From the NCBI RefSeq assembly GCF_006345805.1, contig NC_043003.1:100378001-100442000 (forward strand): a stretch of DNA of 64,000 nt, read 5' to 3'. Both the position numbers and the translations under genes were made by a program. The notes beneath the pieces were generated by a model. The model worked only from the letters and a program-made list of their open reading frames with translations. It was not told the origin of the DNA and did not search any database. Position 1 is the stretch's first letter. Each line of letters starts with the position of its first letter. This document shows, in pieces, positions 36,446-49,659 of this stretch. This DNA is from Octopus sinensis (Eukaryota).

Positions 36446-39400
36446 GGGGAAGGATGCAGGTTCGCTCATCCCAGGGCCTATGGAAATTGCATCAACCCAT
36501 CGACCAAATGCCTTAAACACAAACCAGAACAAATACAAGCTGCCCCAGAAATATGCAGACATAGTGCGTAATGCCCCAACAGGAGAAGGCGCACATTTGC
36601 AGAGGAAATTGGAAGACGGCGGCAGCAGAACAAAGAAATTTTGTGGAAATGGCAGAGAAAAATTGTGGACAAAATGGCCTGGATTACATCGTCTTCAGAG
36701 CCAGGGGCTCACTAACAACAGCTCTCAAGACCACCACAATCAAGGGACCCAGGGTGGCCACCGCTGACGCCGGCCCAGGTGTCACACCGTCAGCCTTTAT
36801 TGACACCCCGGGTTCTAACCCGATGCTTCGTTGAATGTCAGAGGTCTGGTGAAACCACTAATATGGGTAAAATTCCTTACCTTAGGGACTTGAGCACAAG
36901 CAACCATGCAATATGATAGCACTGACTGAAACGCACCTGTCAAGCAGTGTATAGCAGATGCAGAAATCACATACGAAGTATACTGTTTTCGGTCGGAACG
37001 GAAGGGAAAGAATCATGGTGGGGTTGCCCTGTACGTCCGTGAAGATGTCACCCATAGTACTGTTGACACACACAAACTCAGTCTGTGGACCACTGATAGT
37101 ACACATGAAACAACCGAAAATAGTAATATGTGTCACCATATCGGCCACCAGACACCCCTAGTCATGAAGGAGTGTTTGAAGATAGCCTCAGAAGAATAGA
37201 AGAAGTCCTGGACAAAACTGGACCAGGGTAAACACCATTCTACTGCTGGGAGATTTTAAACTTCCGAAAGTCAAATGGCCAGATGGCCATCTCCTCCCTG
37301 GAATGACATCACTTGAACAGAAGACAGACAGAGTCCTTGTTGGACTCACACGCAAGTTTTTCATGGAGCAAGCAGTGCTTTGGCCAACAAGAGGTGAGAA
37401 TGTCTTGGACCTCTGTTCACAAGCAAACCGATGCTCATCCACAACATAATGGTAACACAACAATTCTCTCAGACCACCACTTAGTAGAGGTAAATGATAT
37501 ATGGTATGAGAGAGTTAGTTGAGACGCAGCCCATTAGAAAATACCACAGGCCTATCCAGTCTAAACTTCCATAAGGCAAATGAAGAAGATCAACGAAGAG
37601 ATCGAAAACATGACTGGGTGACTTAATCACCACACAAGACACCAACCACACATTCCAACATTTTGACAACAACTACAGAAATATGCCATAAGTTTGTCCC
37701 GGAGAAAAAAGCCAGCGGGCATAGGAACGTTATCCCAGAGACAGGAAAATACTTATGAGGCGAAGAAAGCTAAGCTCTCGAAGCAACTGAATGCACGCAG
37801 CAGAGAAACAATGAGGGACTCCACCTGAAACTTTTTGAAACGGAAACTGCACTCAAACTTCTATGAAAGGAGGAGAGGGCAGAGAGAGAAGCCAGGGCCA
37901 TAGAGAATATTAAAAAAACCCTAAAGCCTTCTTTAAATTTGCGAAAGAAACCACCTCAGTACACTGCAAGATTGGCCCACTCTTTGAAAAAAGGGCTCTC
38001 TAACTGAGGACCCCAAGGGATAAGTGAAATACTAAAGGAACAGTATAAATTTGTGTTCACATCCCCTCTGGGGCAATGCAAATCACCAAACCCAGAAGTT
38101 TTCTTTAATGCACAAACACTCCAAAACCAAACAACAACCATCGACCACAAGACATAACAGAGAGGGATGTAATATCTGCCATAGAAGAAATGAGAATAAA
38201 CTCAGCTGCTGGACCAGATGGATTCCCAGCAGTCCTCCTAAAGACATGCAGGCATTGCCCTAGCGGGACCACATGAAGAAGCTCTTCAGTGGTTCCTGGG
38301 CTAACAGTAAATGCCCAGGGCGCTAAAGGAAGGCACCATATGCCCTATCCACAAAGGAGGGAGTAGAGCAGAGGCCAAAAACTACAGGCCAGTCTCCATG
38401 ACGTCACACATAAGTAAGGTCATGGAACGAATCATCAGAAACAAACTGATCACGTTCTCGAAAGAAACTAACGTCTCACTGACACACAGCATGGCTTTCG
38501 CCCAGAAGAAGCCTTACGCAGCTGTTACAACACTACGACTGGGTACTGAACAACTAGGATCGCGCACAGGAGATGTGGTATATCTCGACTTTGAGAAGGC
38601 CTTTGACAAAGTCGACCACGAGAGTGACGAGTGAAGAGTGATATATGTCACAATTACTCAGACTCGGCATAACAGGAAAAGTAGGTGAGTGATACATGAC
38701 TTCCTGAAGGACAGAAGCCAGTGGTTGCAGCCAATGGAGCCCTCTCGGGAAAGACACCAATAGCAAGCGGGGTGCCACAGGGCACAGTCTTGGACCCTTG
38801 CTGTTTTTGGTGGCGCTCTCGGACATGCCCTTGGTAGCACAAAACAACATCCTCACTAGCTATGCTGATGACACAAGGTGCACAGGCAATCAAAACCCCA
38901 GCTGATGCTGACCTTTAACAACAAGATCTGGATGCCATATACAAATGGGCTGAAGACAAACAACATGCAATTTAATGCTGGTAAACTTTCAAGCCTTACA
39001 TATCAAGCTGTAAACACATATACATTAAACACAACTATACTGGTCCAGGAGGGATCGAAATCCCAGTATCGAAATCAATACGGGACCAGGGGATAGACAT
39101 GAGTGACGATGCATCTTTTTCTTCACACATCGCGAAGGTGGGACAATGTGCAGACGAGCTCACTAGCTGGATCCTGAGGACATTCGGACAAGAGACTGCG
39201 AGACCATGTTGACACTATGTAGGACATTGTCCTAAGCCGCCTGGACTACTGCTCCAACTGTGGTCACGCATAGTGTCAAACTAACCACAGAGCTTGAGAC
39301 AATCCAAAGACATTCACCAAAGAGGATTTCCACCATGAAAGAAAAAGAACTATTGGGAGGGCTTAGGGAAACTCAATTTGTACGCCTTGGAACGAAGACG

Positions 39401-39790
39401 AGAGAGAGATATGCAGTGATATACATATGGAAAATCCTGGAGGGGACTAGCACCAAATTTTGGAATTGAGAGCTGTGTTCCAATCCCTGTACAGGACGTC
39501 ACTGTGTGGTGCCAAGGTCCGTCTTCCACATCCGGGTAAGGAGCAGATACTGTAATAGCTGGGGTTCAGGGGCCTCAGCTGTTCAACAAACTGCCAAGAA
39601 AACTAAGAGATCTACATGATGCGGATGTGGACATTTCCAAAAAACATCTAGACAAGCTGCTTTCCGGGATCCCAGATGAACCCACTGCAAGGTACGAAGG
39701 TAACCTAAGGCAGCAGCAGCTACAAACTCTCTCTTAGATCAGTGGCCAGCCACGGCAAACTGGATTAGAGAGGGTAGCAACAAGGCGGTG
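36446..39790 (+). mobile_element. CR1/L2-group (Jockey superfamily) LINE, near full-length ORF2, frameshifted
   Basis: APE: IALTETHL, GGVALYVRED, LLGDFKLP. RT: AGPDGFP, KEGTICPIHKGGSRAEAKNYRPVSMTSHISKVMERII, VYLDFEKAFDKVDH, SGVPQGTVL, SYADDT. Confidence 0.85.
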
Positions 39791-39938
39791 CCCCAGCATG
39801 GCCTCAGCCGGATGGCTGAAACAAGTAAAAGAGTAAAAGAGTAAAAGAGTATATATATATACACATATATATATATATATTATACATATATATATATACA
39901 TATATATATACATATATATACATATATATATATTATAC

Positions 39939-39971
<33 letters not shown>

Positions 39972-40074
39972 CATATATACAATATATATATATACAAATG
40001 GCGGTGCCCCAGCATGGCCACAGCTCATTAGCTGAAACTGGAAAATCAAAAAAAAAAAAAAATCAAATATATAT

Positions 40075-40413
40075 AAACATCCTTGTAACGTAAGAACGGT
40101 CTACCACAGACCTAGTACCCCTAGCAAATACTCTACCGAGAGCTTGCTAGGGTACTAGGTCTGTGGGTAGACCATTCTTACGTTACAAGGATGTTTGCAA
40201 AAGGGACATGAAGGCCTGCAACATCAATATTAGCGGTTGGGAGGCAGTTGCCGGCAACCGTGGAGAATGGCGACGTACAGTAAAAGAGGGAATACAAAGG
40301 AGTGACAGAGAGAGAGAGGAGAAATGGAAAGACAAGAAAAGAACGTCAACAAAGAAAATTATGGGCATTACAACCAGCCAGGAACAGTCTTCGTACATTT
40401 GCGGTACCTGCCA
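40075..40413 (+). mobile_element. RTE (BovB-like) 3' fragment with a 5' fold-back inversion
   Basis: GRPFLRYKDVCKRDMKACNI...WEAVAGNRGEWRRTVKEG. 40075-40127 is the reverse complement of 40144-40196. Confidence 0.8.
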
Positions 40414-40513
40414 NNNNNNNNNNNNNNNNNNNNNNNNNNNNNNNNNNNNNNNNNNNNNNNNNNNNNNNNNNNNNNNNNNNNNNNNNNNNNNNNNNNNNNN
40501 NNNNNNNNNNNNN
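40414..40513. other. Assembly gap (100 N)
   Basis: Run of N. The fixed length suggests a scaffolding gap of unknown size. Confidence 1.
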
Positions 40514-42790
40514 GCAGATATACGTCCCTAATATAAATAATATTGTATTAATAGCTAAATATATAAAGTATAAACATTTAAAATGGTTTGATATATCTTA
40601 TGATTATTTCATGGATGTATTACCCTTTGAAATGAAATCAGAAATTGATAATCATCATTAGGTAATTCATCTTACTTGTCAGAGTAAAGGATGAATTTCC
40701 ATGTAGTCAATCGAATGACTAGCTTTCCTAATAATCATAAGTATCACCATATATTTAATAGATCAACAATTAAGATATCTTTTTCTACATTGCCTAACAT
40801 AGCATCAATGATCGCCAGCTTTAATAGATGAAGACTTAATATAAATATACTTTAAGAAAGAATACTAACAACTATAATACTAGTAATGAAATATACAATA
40901 GTCCTGGAATATCAAATAATACTCAATACCAGTTCAATAGATAATATTATGATAATACATAGCAATACTACAACATTAATAAAATCTAAGCAAAATTCCA
41001 ATAATTATACGTCCCAAAATATGCAAACCATTGGATATGACAGGACTTTAGATAATCCAATACCACAATCTAATAACAATAGTAATATACAAATAGTAAA
41101 TTTACCTAATTCTATTATAAATGATTCCACAACAAATAAACATAACACTATTAAATATTATACCACCGAACAGAAACTAAATATTGCACATGTAAAAATT
41201 TAAAAAATCATGTCCTTTAGAAGGCAAATGTAGAAGGTTCAACGTTTACAAAAACTGCTATCCCACACAGTAAGGTATATATAGGGAGGTATATTAACTT
41301 TAACTCTTTCTTTACCAAACCGCCCAAAGCCGCCCGTATTTACCTATTTATATTTAAATGAGAATATCAGAGCAAATCTCTTTAGTACATTCGTGAAAAC
41401 ACGTGATTATACTTTTGTAAACAGTTCATCTACAGTTTTGTACAACGATCGAAGTGTAATTTTAATTCTGTGAATTTTGGGAGATTTTTTTCCGAAATTT
41501 GTTCCTATTGTATTTTCAAAATTTGTAATTATGAAAAAAAATGGATACGAATTTCACTATATCAAGCAGCGAGTCAGAATTCGAATTATTTTCTACTGAA
41601 GACCTTGATAAATCTAACTCTATGACTGAAAAAAAAAAGCACGAGGTATTTGATAATGAATCCGATGTTTCATTTTCCGAAAATGAAAACAGTGAATCCG
41701 AGAGCTCCGACAGCGATAAAGAAAATGAACTGGCACCTGAATGGAGTGAAAATTTAAAAACTTTCTTTCAGTGATTTTTCTGAAGAAACTGGACTAAGCC
41801 ACAGTCTTTCCTAGGAGAGTAAAGCCTTAGACTATCTCTTTTTACTATTTCGAATGAGCCTATTTGAAATCATTACGGCAGAAACGAACCGTTACGCTAA
41901 ATGTAAACAAAGCAAAAGAAAGGATAGTTTGTTGTTTCCCACAATCTTAAATGAAATTAAGGCCTATTTTGCCATAAATATTATTATGGGTATCAGAAAG
42001 TTACCCATAAATATTATGGGTATCAGAAAGTTACCCATAAATATTATTATGGGTATCAGAAAATTACGGCGGAAACAAACCGTTACGCTAAATGTAAACA
42101 AAGCGAAAGAAAGGATAGTTTGTGGGTTCCCACAACCTTAAATGAAATTAGGGCCTATTTTGCCATAAATATTATTATGGGTATCAGAAAGTTACCCAGA
42201 ATAACAAATCCTATAGTAAAATTTTGTTGTATACCCAATTGAATATTAGCTAATAACCCATCTTCTATAGCGATGTTTGAACAAAATTTTAATTTTATAT
42301 TTTGTTGAATTTACCTGTATTTACCTGCAATTAGAGTCACTTTATGACAAAAATTGTAGTATAGAATTGGTTGAGAACATTTCATTAAATTATCTTCCAA
42401 AAATCACATTAATATATTGATAAATAAAAAAGTTATAGTTGTTTAATGAAACCAGACTAAATTTATGATTATGTTAGAAATTAATTGAAACACATAAGGG
42501 GTGTATTTTGGTCAGAAATATAGTAACGAAAGGGTTAAACAAAGACTTTTAGCACATATACATTCATTTAAACTGAATATAACAAGTAACACTACTTCAT
42601 TGGCTACATATATACATAAACTCAAACAAAAAAACATTAACTATAAATTATCCAGGTCATTTACTGACTCAGCTACACCATATACACATAAATCTTCTAT
42701 CTGCTGGCTTTGTACAAAAGAATCGCTATATATATATTATTACATAAACAAAGTAATTTCAGAAGTATTATCTACATGAAGACATAAGTT
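40514..42790 (+). mobile_element. Decayed Penelope-like element whose GIY-YIG domain is split by a piggyBac
   Basis: CPLEGKC...KVYIGRYINF|KQRLLAHIHSFK...TSLATYIHKLKQKNINYKLS..DSATPY...CWLCTKE reads through once 41304-42538 is removed. Confidence 0.75.
41304..42534 (+). mobile_element. Non-autonomous piggyBac (copy 1)
   Basis: TTAA at 41300-41303 and 42535-42538. Ends CTCTTTCTTTACC and GTAACGAAAGGG. Acidic transposase N-terminus (41541-41774) and MSLFEIITAETNRYA...EIKAYFAINIIMGIRKLP. Confidence 0.85.
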
Positions 42791-43247
42791 TTATAAAACT
42801 TTTAAACACTATAAGAGATCATCAAGATAAGATTCACACTAGTATCTTGTATTTCATATAGTGGTATCATAATAAAATAGTAGGATTGTTGTAAGAAAAT
42901 AGAAAATTTAAATTGAATCATTTTAGACTATACACATGTTCACATAATATAAATTATCCATTGGACTAGTGCCTGAAATTTGTCTTCTTGAAACTTGAAC
43001 CTGTACACCTATAATGTACAACAAATGGATTTTAAACATAATAATTTAAATATAACATTAATTTACTCTACATTGGGTCAGTACAGTACATTTATTTTCT
43101 GCCAAGCACTGACATAGTTATTGTTATTTTGTTGAATCGTTTATTGTTAAAATCGTTTTGTGTCTTTTAAATGCTTTGTTTTACTACCCTATGGCAGTCT
43201 GTTGATGCATTCCCCCTTCGAAGAAGTGGGTAGCACGAGTATTAACA

Positions 43248-44218
43248 ATGGAGTACGAAAGCCTCACCTTCATGGAGCTTACATCTTCTGAGGAGGAACT
43301 ACTGAGGTCTGTCAAAGTAATGGAGGAGGAGGTGAAGAAAAGAAATTTTGTGGCTGTTGCCAAGAGCCACAGCAACAAAGTTGAACTAACAGAATAAAAA
43401 TAAGAACATGCTTTGTAGGGAGGGGTGTGACATAAAGCTACTAAGGAGAAAACTATAATATAAAGAACGTACTCCATGAAAACAAAGAAAATCAAAATAA
43501 TGACGACCACGCAAGTAGAAAAAGCAAGTTCAGAACAGTGGAGGTGTGCTTCCGAGAGGTAGCTACTGCCAGGTTACACTCAGTAACCCCTTTAAAGACA
43601 GAAGTGGTACTTCTACCCATATTCCTTGGGAGGCATGCTTCCAAGGTTAGGGTAGAAGATGTACCACCAGAGATTGATGTAGCCTGGCAAGTAGCTGTCA
43701 TATTGCTGGGCAATGAAGATAAGATAGTGGTCCTGCAAGCCACAAGAACAGCTTATAAGAATTGGCAAGGGCAGAGCCTGGAAATAATTATCCAGGTGGC
43801 CCCGGAGGACCTTGAAAATATAGTAGAAACTATCTCTATAGAAGATGTGATATTCAGGGTCAGAGAGGAGGGCAGGACCCTGCATTGCTACAAGTGTGGC
43901 CTAAAAGTTCACATTAGAGTGGACTGTCCTCCACTGCTCAAAAAACCCCAAGGGTCCATGAGCAGGGATGAAGTCACACCTCCAGCGCCAACAAAAGAAA
44001 ACTCAAGTGCTGAGGAAGAAGCAAACAACAAAAGGAATGATTGGGAAATGGTCAGAAGGATAAAGAGAAGAAAGGTACACCCTGTGGATGTCGACCCCCA
44101 CCCACACCCACTTTGCTCCATCATCCACTACGCCAACCCTCCCCACACCCCACTAACACAAAGAAAAATGCAGACACACAGGAGTCCCAAAGCTTACCCT
44201 CCCCCAGCCTGTGAATGA
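43248..44218 (+). pseudogene. Gag-like ORF1 remnant with a CCHC zinc knuckle (non-LTR retrotransposon 5' part)
   Basis: ORF 43538-44218 (226 aa) contains CYKCGLKVHIRVDC (CX2CX4HX4C). An interrupted N-terminus starts at ATG 43248. No ORF2 follows. Confidence 0.6.
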
Positions 44219-44337
44219 GATGAACACTTGGGAAGATGCAATAACAGTTAATACGGTAGCTTATACTGGGATATCATGGTGTTAATTGTGTGCTGGCAAA
44301 CTGGGATCAAATGTCAAAATTAGTTAACTACAATAAA

Positions 44338-44846
44338 GAAGGGAATGAAAAATAAAAACATTTACCATCTCTTTCCTGGACCATAGTTTCTGACTTATTT
44401 TAGTAAATAAAATAATTTACCAGGCGAAGTCTTCATCAACAGGGACGCCAAAAGATTAAATATATAAACAACGAGGTCAATCCAGCATGTGCCTCGTTGC
44501 TTATACATTTTAATTTTCTTCAAATCCACCGAGCAAGCGCAGTCTCTTTTGCCGGCAATTTCTTCGAATGAATCTACCAGAAATCATTATACATAATTAA
44601 TAATATCAGGGTAATAAAGATTTTAGAAATTTTTATTACCAGTGGCCTAGCGTATAGAAAAATTAGTCAATAGACTATATATTATTCATATAAAATACAG
44701 TGTACATTTAAACACACTAGCACATTAATCTTTTGGTGTCCCTGTTGATGAAGACTTCGCCTGGTAAATTATTTTATTTACTAAAATAAATCAGAAACCA
44801 TGGTCCAGGAAAGAGACGGTAAATGTTTTTATTTTTCATTCCCTTC
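44338..44846. repeat. MITE/foldback-like element with ~122-bp inverted arms
   Basis: 44338-44459 is the reverse complement of 44725-44846 with few mismatches. The spacer is ~265 bp. No TSD is evident. Confidence 0.8.
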
Positions 44847-45067
44847 GAGAATTTATCCCTAATTTAGTGGTTTGGACTTTAGTTGTTCTTTCTAGTGTAA
44901 AGGATTCCTATGATGGAAACCTCTTAATGTGTTTAAATGTACACTGTATTTTATATATATATATACGAGTTGATCAAATATATTCAATGAAAATAAAGTG
45001 TACTGAATTTCAGATATGTCCTCTTAGTATGAGAAATGTCTAAGACCTTAAAGGAATTTAGAGATTC

Positions 45068-45102
<35 letters not shown>

Positions 45103-45264
45103 TAAACAGTAAAAATAATTACAGACATGGACAAGAACATGAAACACCACAGAGACGACACAAGAACCACAGGACGGGACATTCGAAGCCCTCAGTCATC
45201 AGTCAAGAACCAGATCATCTTAGCAATTTCGGCTGATTATATATATATATATATATATATTTGG

Positions 45265-45540
45265 CCTGTGGAAAGGCAATGGCCGAGTGGTTAGGGCAGT
45301 GAACCCTGCTGTATTCTTTCACCACAACTTTCTCTCATTCTTTCTTCTCGTTTCTGTTGTACCTGTATTTCAAAGGACCAGCCTTATCATACTGTGTGTC
45401 ACGCTGAATCTCCGAGAACTATGTTAAAGGTACACATGTCTGTGGAGTGCTCAACCACTTTCACATTAATTCCACGAGCAGGCTGTTCCATTGATTGGAT
45501 CAACTGGAATCCTCATCGTCGTAACCAATGGAGTGCCATG
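45265..45540 (+). mobile_element. Second SINE family with a truncated tRNA-like head
   Basis: GGCAATGGCCGAGTGGTTAGGGCAGTG (A-box-like) followed by a non-coding body ending ...CGTCGTAACCAATGGAGTGCC. Confidence 0.55.
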
Positions 45541-45549
45541 ATATATGGC

Positions 45550-46605
45550 CTAGTCACCTTTATAGTTAATCAGGTTGTCCATGAGGGAGTTATACCCAAC
45601 AATAGTTGTAGCAGGATTATAGGCAACTGCTACACAGGCAAAGGTGACGCCTTAGGCACAAATAATTAGAGGCATCAAATTGCTGGACCAGGTGATGGAA
45701 GTCACAGAAAGGACATAGCACAATTAATTGAGAGAATAGATGAGATACAGCTTGGATTTGTGTCAGGTTGAAGCATGACTCATGCTATATTCCTGGTAAG
45801 GCAACTGCAGGAGAAGTATTTAGCCAAAAATAAACCTCTGTATGGAGATTTTATTGACATGGAGAAAGCCTTTGGACAAGGTCCCCCACACCCTTATCTG
45901 TTAGTCAATGCAGAAGCTAGGGATAGATGAGTGGTTAGTAAGAGTTGTATAAGGATGCTGCCAGTGAGGTGAAGATTGTCAATGAGTATAGCAATGAATT
46001 CAGTGTACAGGTAGGAGTTCACCAAGAATCAGTCCCCACCCTCCGCTTATTTATCATAGTCCTCCAGGCCTGAACAGAGGAATTCAAGACTGGCTGCCCC
46101 TGGGAGATCCTCTACATTGATGACCTTGTTTTGATAGCTGACCTAGAGAATAAATGTCAGATGCGGAAGCAAGGCCTGGAATCTAAGGGCCTTAGAGTTA
46201 ATTTAGCAAAAACCTAAGTAGGAAAACTGACAAATTACAAGTCCCTTCAGAGAGATGGCCTGCTCAATATGTAAGAAGGGTGCTGGTAGAAACTCCGTAT
46301 GTTGTACCCAGTGCAAGCTTTGAACACAAGAGGTGTAGTAAGAAGGTTAATGGAGAAAATAGTCTGTGTGGCAAATGTGCAGGTAGAATAAGCACTAAAA
46401 ATGCACAAACAATAGACTCCCTCAAATGCTTGGGGGGGATGGGGTGCTTAGAAAAGCACCCTGCACACTCTGTAAAGTGGTTGGCATTAGGAAGGACACA
46501 CAACTGTAGAAACCACGTGAAATCAGACTGGAGTCTGGTGTAGCACTCCTGGTCACACTGTCCAACCCATACTAGCATGGACAATGGATGTTAAATGGTG
46601 ATGAT
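45550..46605 (+). mobile_element. RTE LINE RT fragment with (GAT)n tail
   Basis: QEKYLAKNKPLYGDFIDMEKAF, VGVHQESVP, GCPWEILYIDDLVL, then the tail to GATGATGAT at ~46605. Confidence 0.8.
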
Positions 46606-46794
46606 GATACATATATTTACTCAATTGCTGACATTTATCAATGGTTAGTCTCATTGTTTTGATAATGCCATCTTCTAACATTTATAAAACTGCCTGCATT
46701 TTTGACAACACAGGTATGCTAGTATACATATACACAAGCACACTGACAATAGAGTGAAGTGAGAAAAAGTTTCAGAGAGAGGATTTATAATTAT

Positions 46795-49171
46795 ACTAGC
46801 ACTATGACCCGGCGCTGTCATAGTTTTTGCACGTGTGACTATTAATCGCACTGAGGAAAATCAATTAATCTGCGAGTGCAAAATCAATACTTTCTTACAC
46901 AATGTACGTACATGCGCTCGTGCGTTCTATGCACGCGCGAATTAAGCTAAACTTGGATGAAGTTCAATCAAAATTCAATTATTTTGGTTTTAAATTCAAG
47001 CATTTAATGCCCTCTATTTTTGCGCTTATGTGTTCCATTTCCTCAATAGGAAGTACGTAGAAGCGTTTCATAAATTTTTGTTGATCAAATAATTGCATCT
47101 TTGAATTATTCTTTTAGATCAGTATTTCTCAACGGGGATTTCAGGGGAGAGTTTCAGGGAGTCGCTGGCGATGTATCGTAATGATCAAAAATCCGGCCTG
47201 CTAAAATTTGGTTAAAGTGATTCAAACTGCAGACTCAACGCAAAATGGTCACATTTAATTCAAAGCGTTAAAAATGTTATGAAAACAATTGGTATGTGTT
47301 CACAAAGTCCAAACGATTAATACGAAAAAACCCTCCAGGCTACATCCCAAAAATTCATTTCTTTGCCGAATTTCTACAATGTTTACGGCGATTCGTTTTT
47401 ATATCTTGATTTTTTATTTTTCATGCAATTTACGCATGCTTGCACGCGTGGTGAACACAGTTCACGTCAAACAGCTGACTGAGTAAAGTTCACTATTCAA
47501 TGCATGGGATAAGGCCTAAACAAACACATTATCGATTTTTGCACTTGCGAGATGAATTTCAGAACAGAAATAGCGCAGTTCAATTGTCATTCGCCTAAAC
47601 TTTAAGCGACCCATTTTTGGTGGTTCTATGATTTGTTGGCTAGATGTGCCAGGAAGTTAACCCTTTCGTTACTAAGCCGGCCGAAAAATTTTTTGGTTTA
47701 TAATACCAGCCCGGCCATACCCGGCCGTGAGAACCCATTGTTATTTAAATGTAAATTTGAACCCAAATCTCGTTCGTACATTCGTTAAAGCATGTGATTT
47801 CACATTGTAAATAGTTAAGTTATAGTATCCGACATTGCTTGAAGTGATATCTCAACTCAGTGAATTTTGGGAGATTTTTTTCCACCTGTTTTTCGGCATC
47901 GATTTTTCTTCAACTTTGAAAATGGATAGGAGTTTCATGTTATCAAGCATTGATTCCGAATTTAAAGCTTTGTCAACGGAAAATAGGGAGATATCGAGAA
48001 AAAGAATGAAATAGGTACTAAAGCACGTGGTGTATAAAATAATGAATATTTTTTTATCCGAAAATGAAAGCAGTGCCTTCCGAAGAAACAAAGCGGCGAA
48101 GGCAACAGCGAAGACGATTTTACATCGGAATGAAGTAAAAAAACTTTTAAAATGTTTTTATTAGCAATTTTTCTGAGGAGATAAAGTTTATCTATAGTCT
48201 TTCTTAGGAAGTGAAACCATTAGACTTTTATTTTTTTCAGTATGCTAGTTTGAAGCGATCACTTCGGAAACAAACCCAAAATCGGGGTTCAAAGTTTGGG
48301 AAATTTGTGAAGCAAATACTGGGTACTGTTGTGGATTTAGTTTTTATACAGGGAAACTAATGTTAGTCAGCATGGCTTAGGGTACGATGTGGTCTGGAAG
48401 TTATTGTTTGAAGCGATCAATGTGGAAACAAACTTACGCAGATTGTAAACAAACCCAAAATCGGGGTTCAAAGTTGGGAAATTTGTGAAGCAAATACTGG
48501 GTACTGTTGTGGATTTAGTTTTTATACAGGGAAAATAATGTTAGTCAGCATGGCCTAGGGAACGATGTGGTCTGGAATTTATCACTTCCATTCCATAACC
48601 AGGGCCGTATATTATTTTTTGACCGATTTCTTTAGTTCGGTCAAACTTACGGTGGATTCCAATATTTCAGTTTATTCCACCTTTATGGTACACCTGTTGT
48701 GCATTAAATTCAACTGATGATATAGTGATGTGCACAATTCTTCTTTACCAAAATTTTGTTGCATACCCATTTGAATATTAGCTGATGATTCATTTTCTAT
48801 AGTGATGTTTAAACAAAATTTTAATTTTTTACCTTTTGCTCAATTTAGAATTTTAATATTTTTACCTTTTGCTCAATTTACCTGGATTTACCTGTAATTA
48901 TAGTCACTTTGAGACAAAAGTTATGCAATAGAATTGATTAAGAACCCTTTCTTTAATTATGTTCCAAATATCACATTAAAATGTTGATAAGTAAAAAAGT
49001 TACAGTTATTTAATGAAACAAGCCTAAATTCATGATTATTTTAGAATTTAATTGAAACTCATGAGGGGTGTATTTTGGTCAGAAATATAGTAACGAAAGG
49101 GTTAAACACACAGACACACAGATAGATACACACACACACACACACACAAGTTGAGTTTTATATATATAGAT
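46795..49171 (+). mobile_element. Helitron/Helentron-associated non-autonomous element, interrupted by a piggyBac
   Basis: Starts ACTAGCACTATGACCCGGCG and ends (CAGA/CA)n-AGTTGAGTTTTATATATATAGAT, the terminal pattern of Lep1/DINE-like elements. There is no Rep/helicase ORF. Confidence 0.5.
47661..49101 (+). mobile_element. Non-autonomous piggyBac (copy 2)
   Basis: TTAA-CCCTTTCGTTACT...AGTAACGAAAGGG-TTAA, with TSDs at 47657-47660 and 49102-49105. Contains an internal ~180-bp tandem duplication. Confidence 0.9.
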
Positions 49172-49556
49172 ATGTGCATATAAACTAGTGTGCTTATGTG
49201 AGTATTTATGTACTGTACATACATGCATACATATATATAGACAATATAGAAAGGCAAGTGATGGGAAAAAGAGAAACGAACTGATACTGCAGAAGGTCTG
49301 CTGGAGAGTGATTAACTAGTAAAAAGCCCCCCCCCCAAAAAAAGGTCTTGAGGGTAGGTAAGAATTTGAAAAACATGAAGTTTCATAGCATATTTCATAA
49401 TAAACAAATTTTTAAAAAAGATCAATATATGAACTATCCAAACCAACATGAAAGAAAAAATAATAGTGTCAAAAACAACAAATAAATCCATTTTAAAAGC
49501 AATACTTAGTTTTTAATGAACTCTATATAGAAATGATTAAATCATGTTGAACTCAC

Positions 49557-49659
49557 TTTCTGTTTGATTCTTTGAAAGTCTAATACTCGAACGGTAGGTA
49601 ATTTGTGTGCTACATAAAGTCTGTAATTTTTCTTATTTGTAACTGGGTTCCGGAGTAAG
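49557..49659 (-). CDS. SNRPA1: U2 snRNP A' coding exon (103 bp)
   Basis: Acceptor TTCATTCAG| and donor |GTGAGT. Encodes (S)LLRNPVTNKKNYRLYVAHKLPTVRVLDFQRIKQK, matching human ILRNPVTNKKHYRLYVIYKVPQVRVLDFQKVKLK. The phase is compatible with the upstream exon. Confidence 0.93.
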
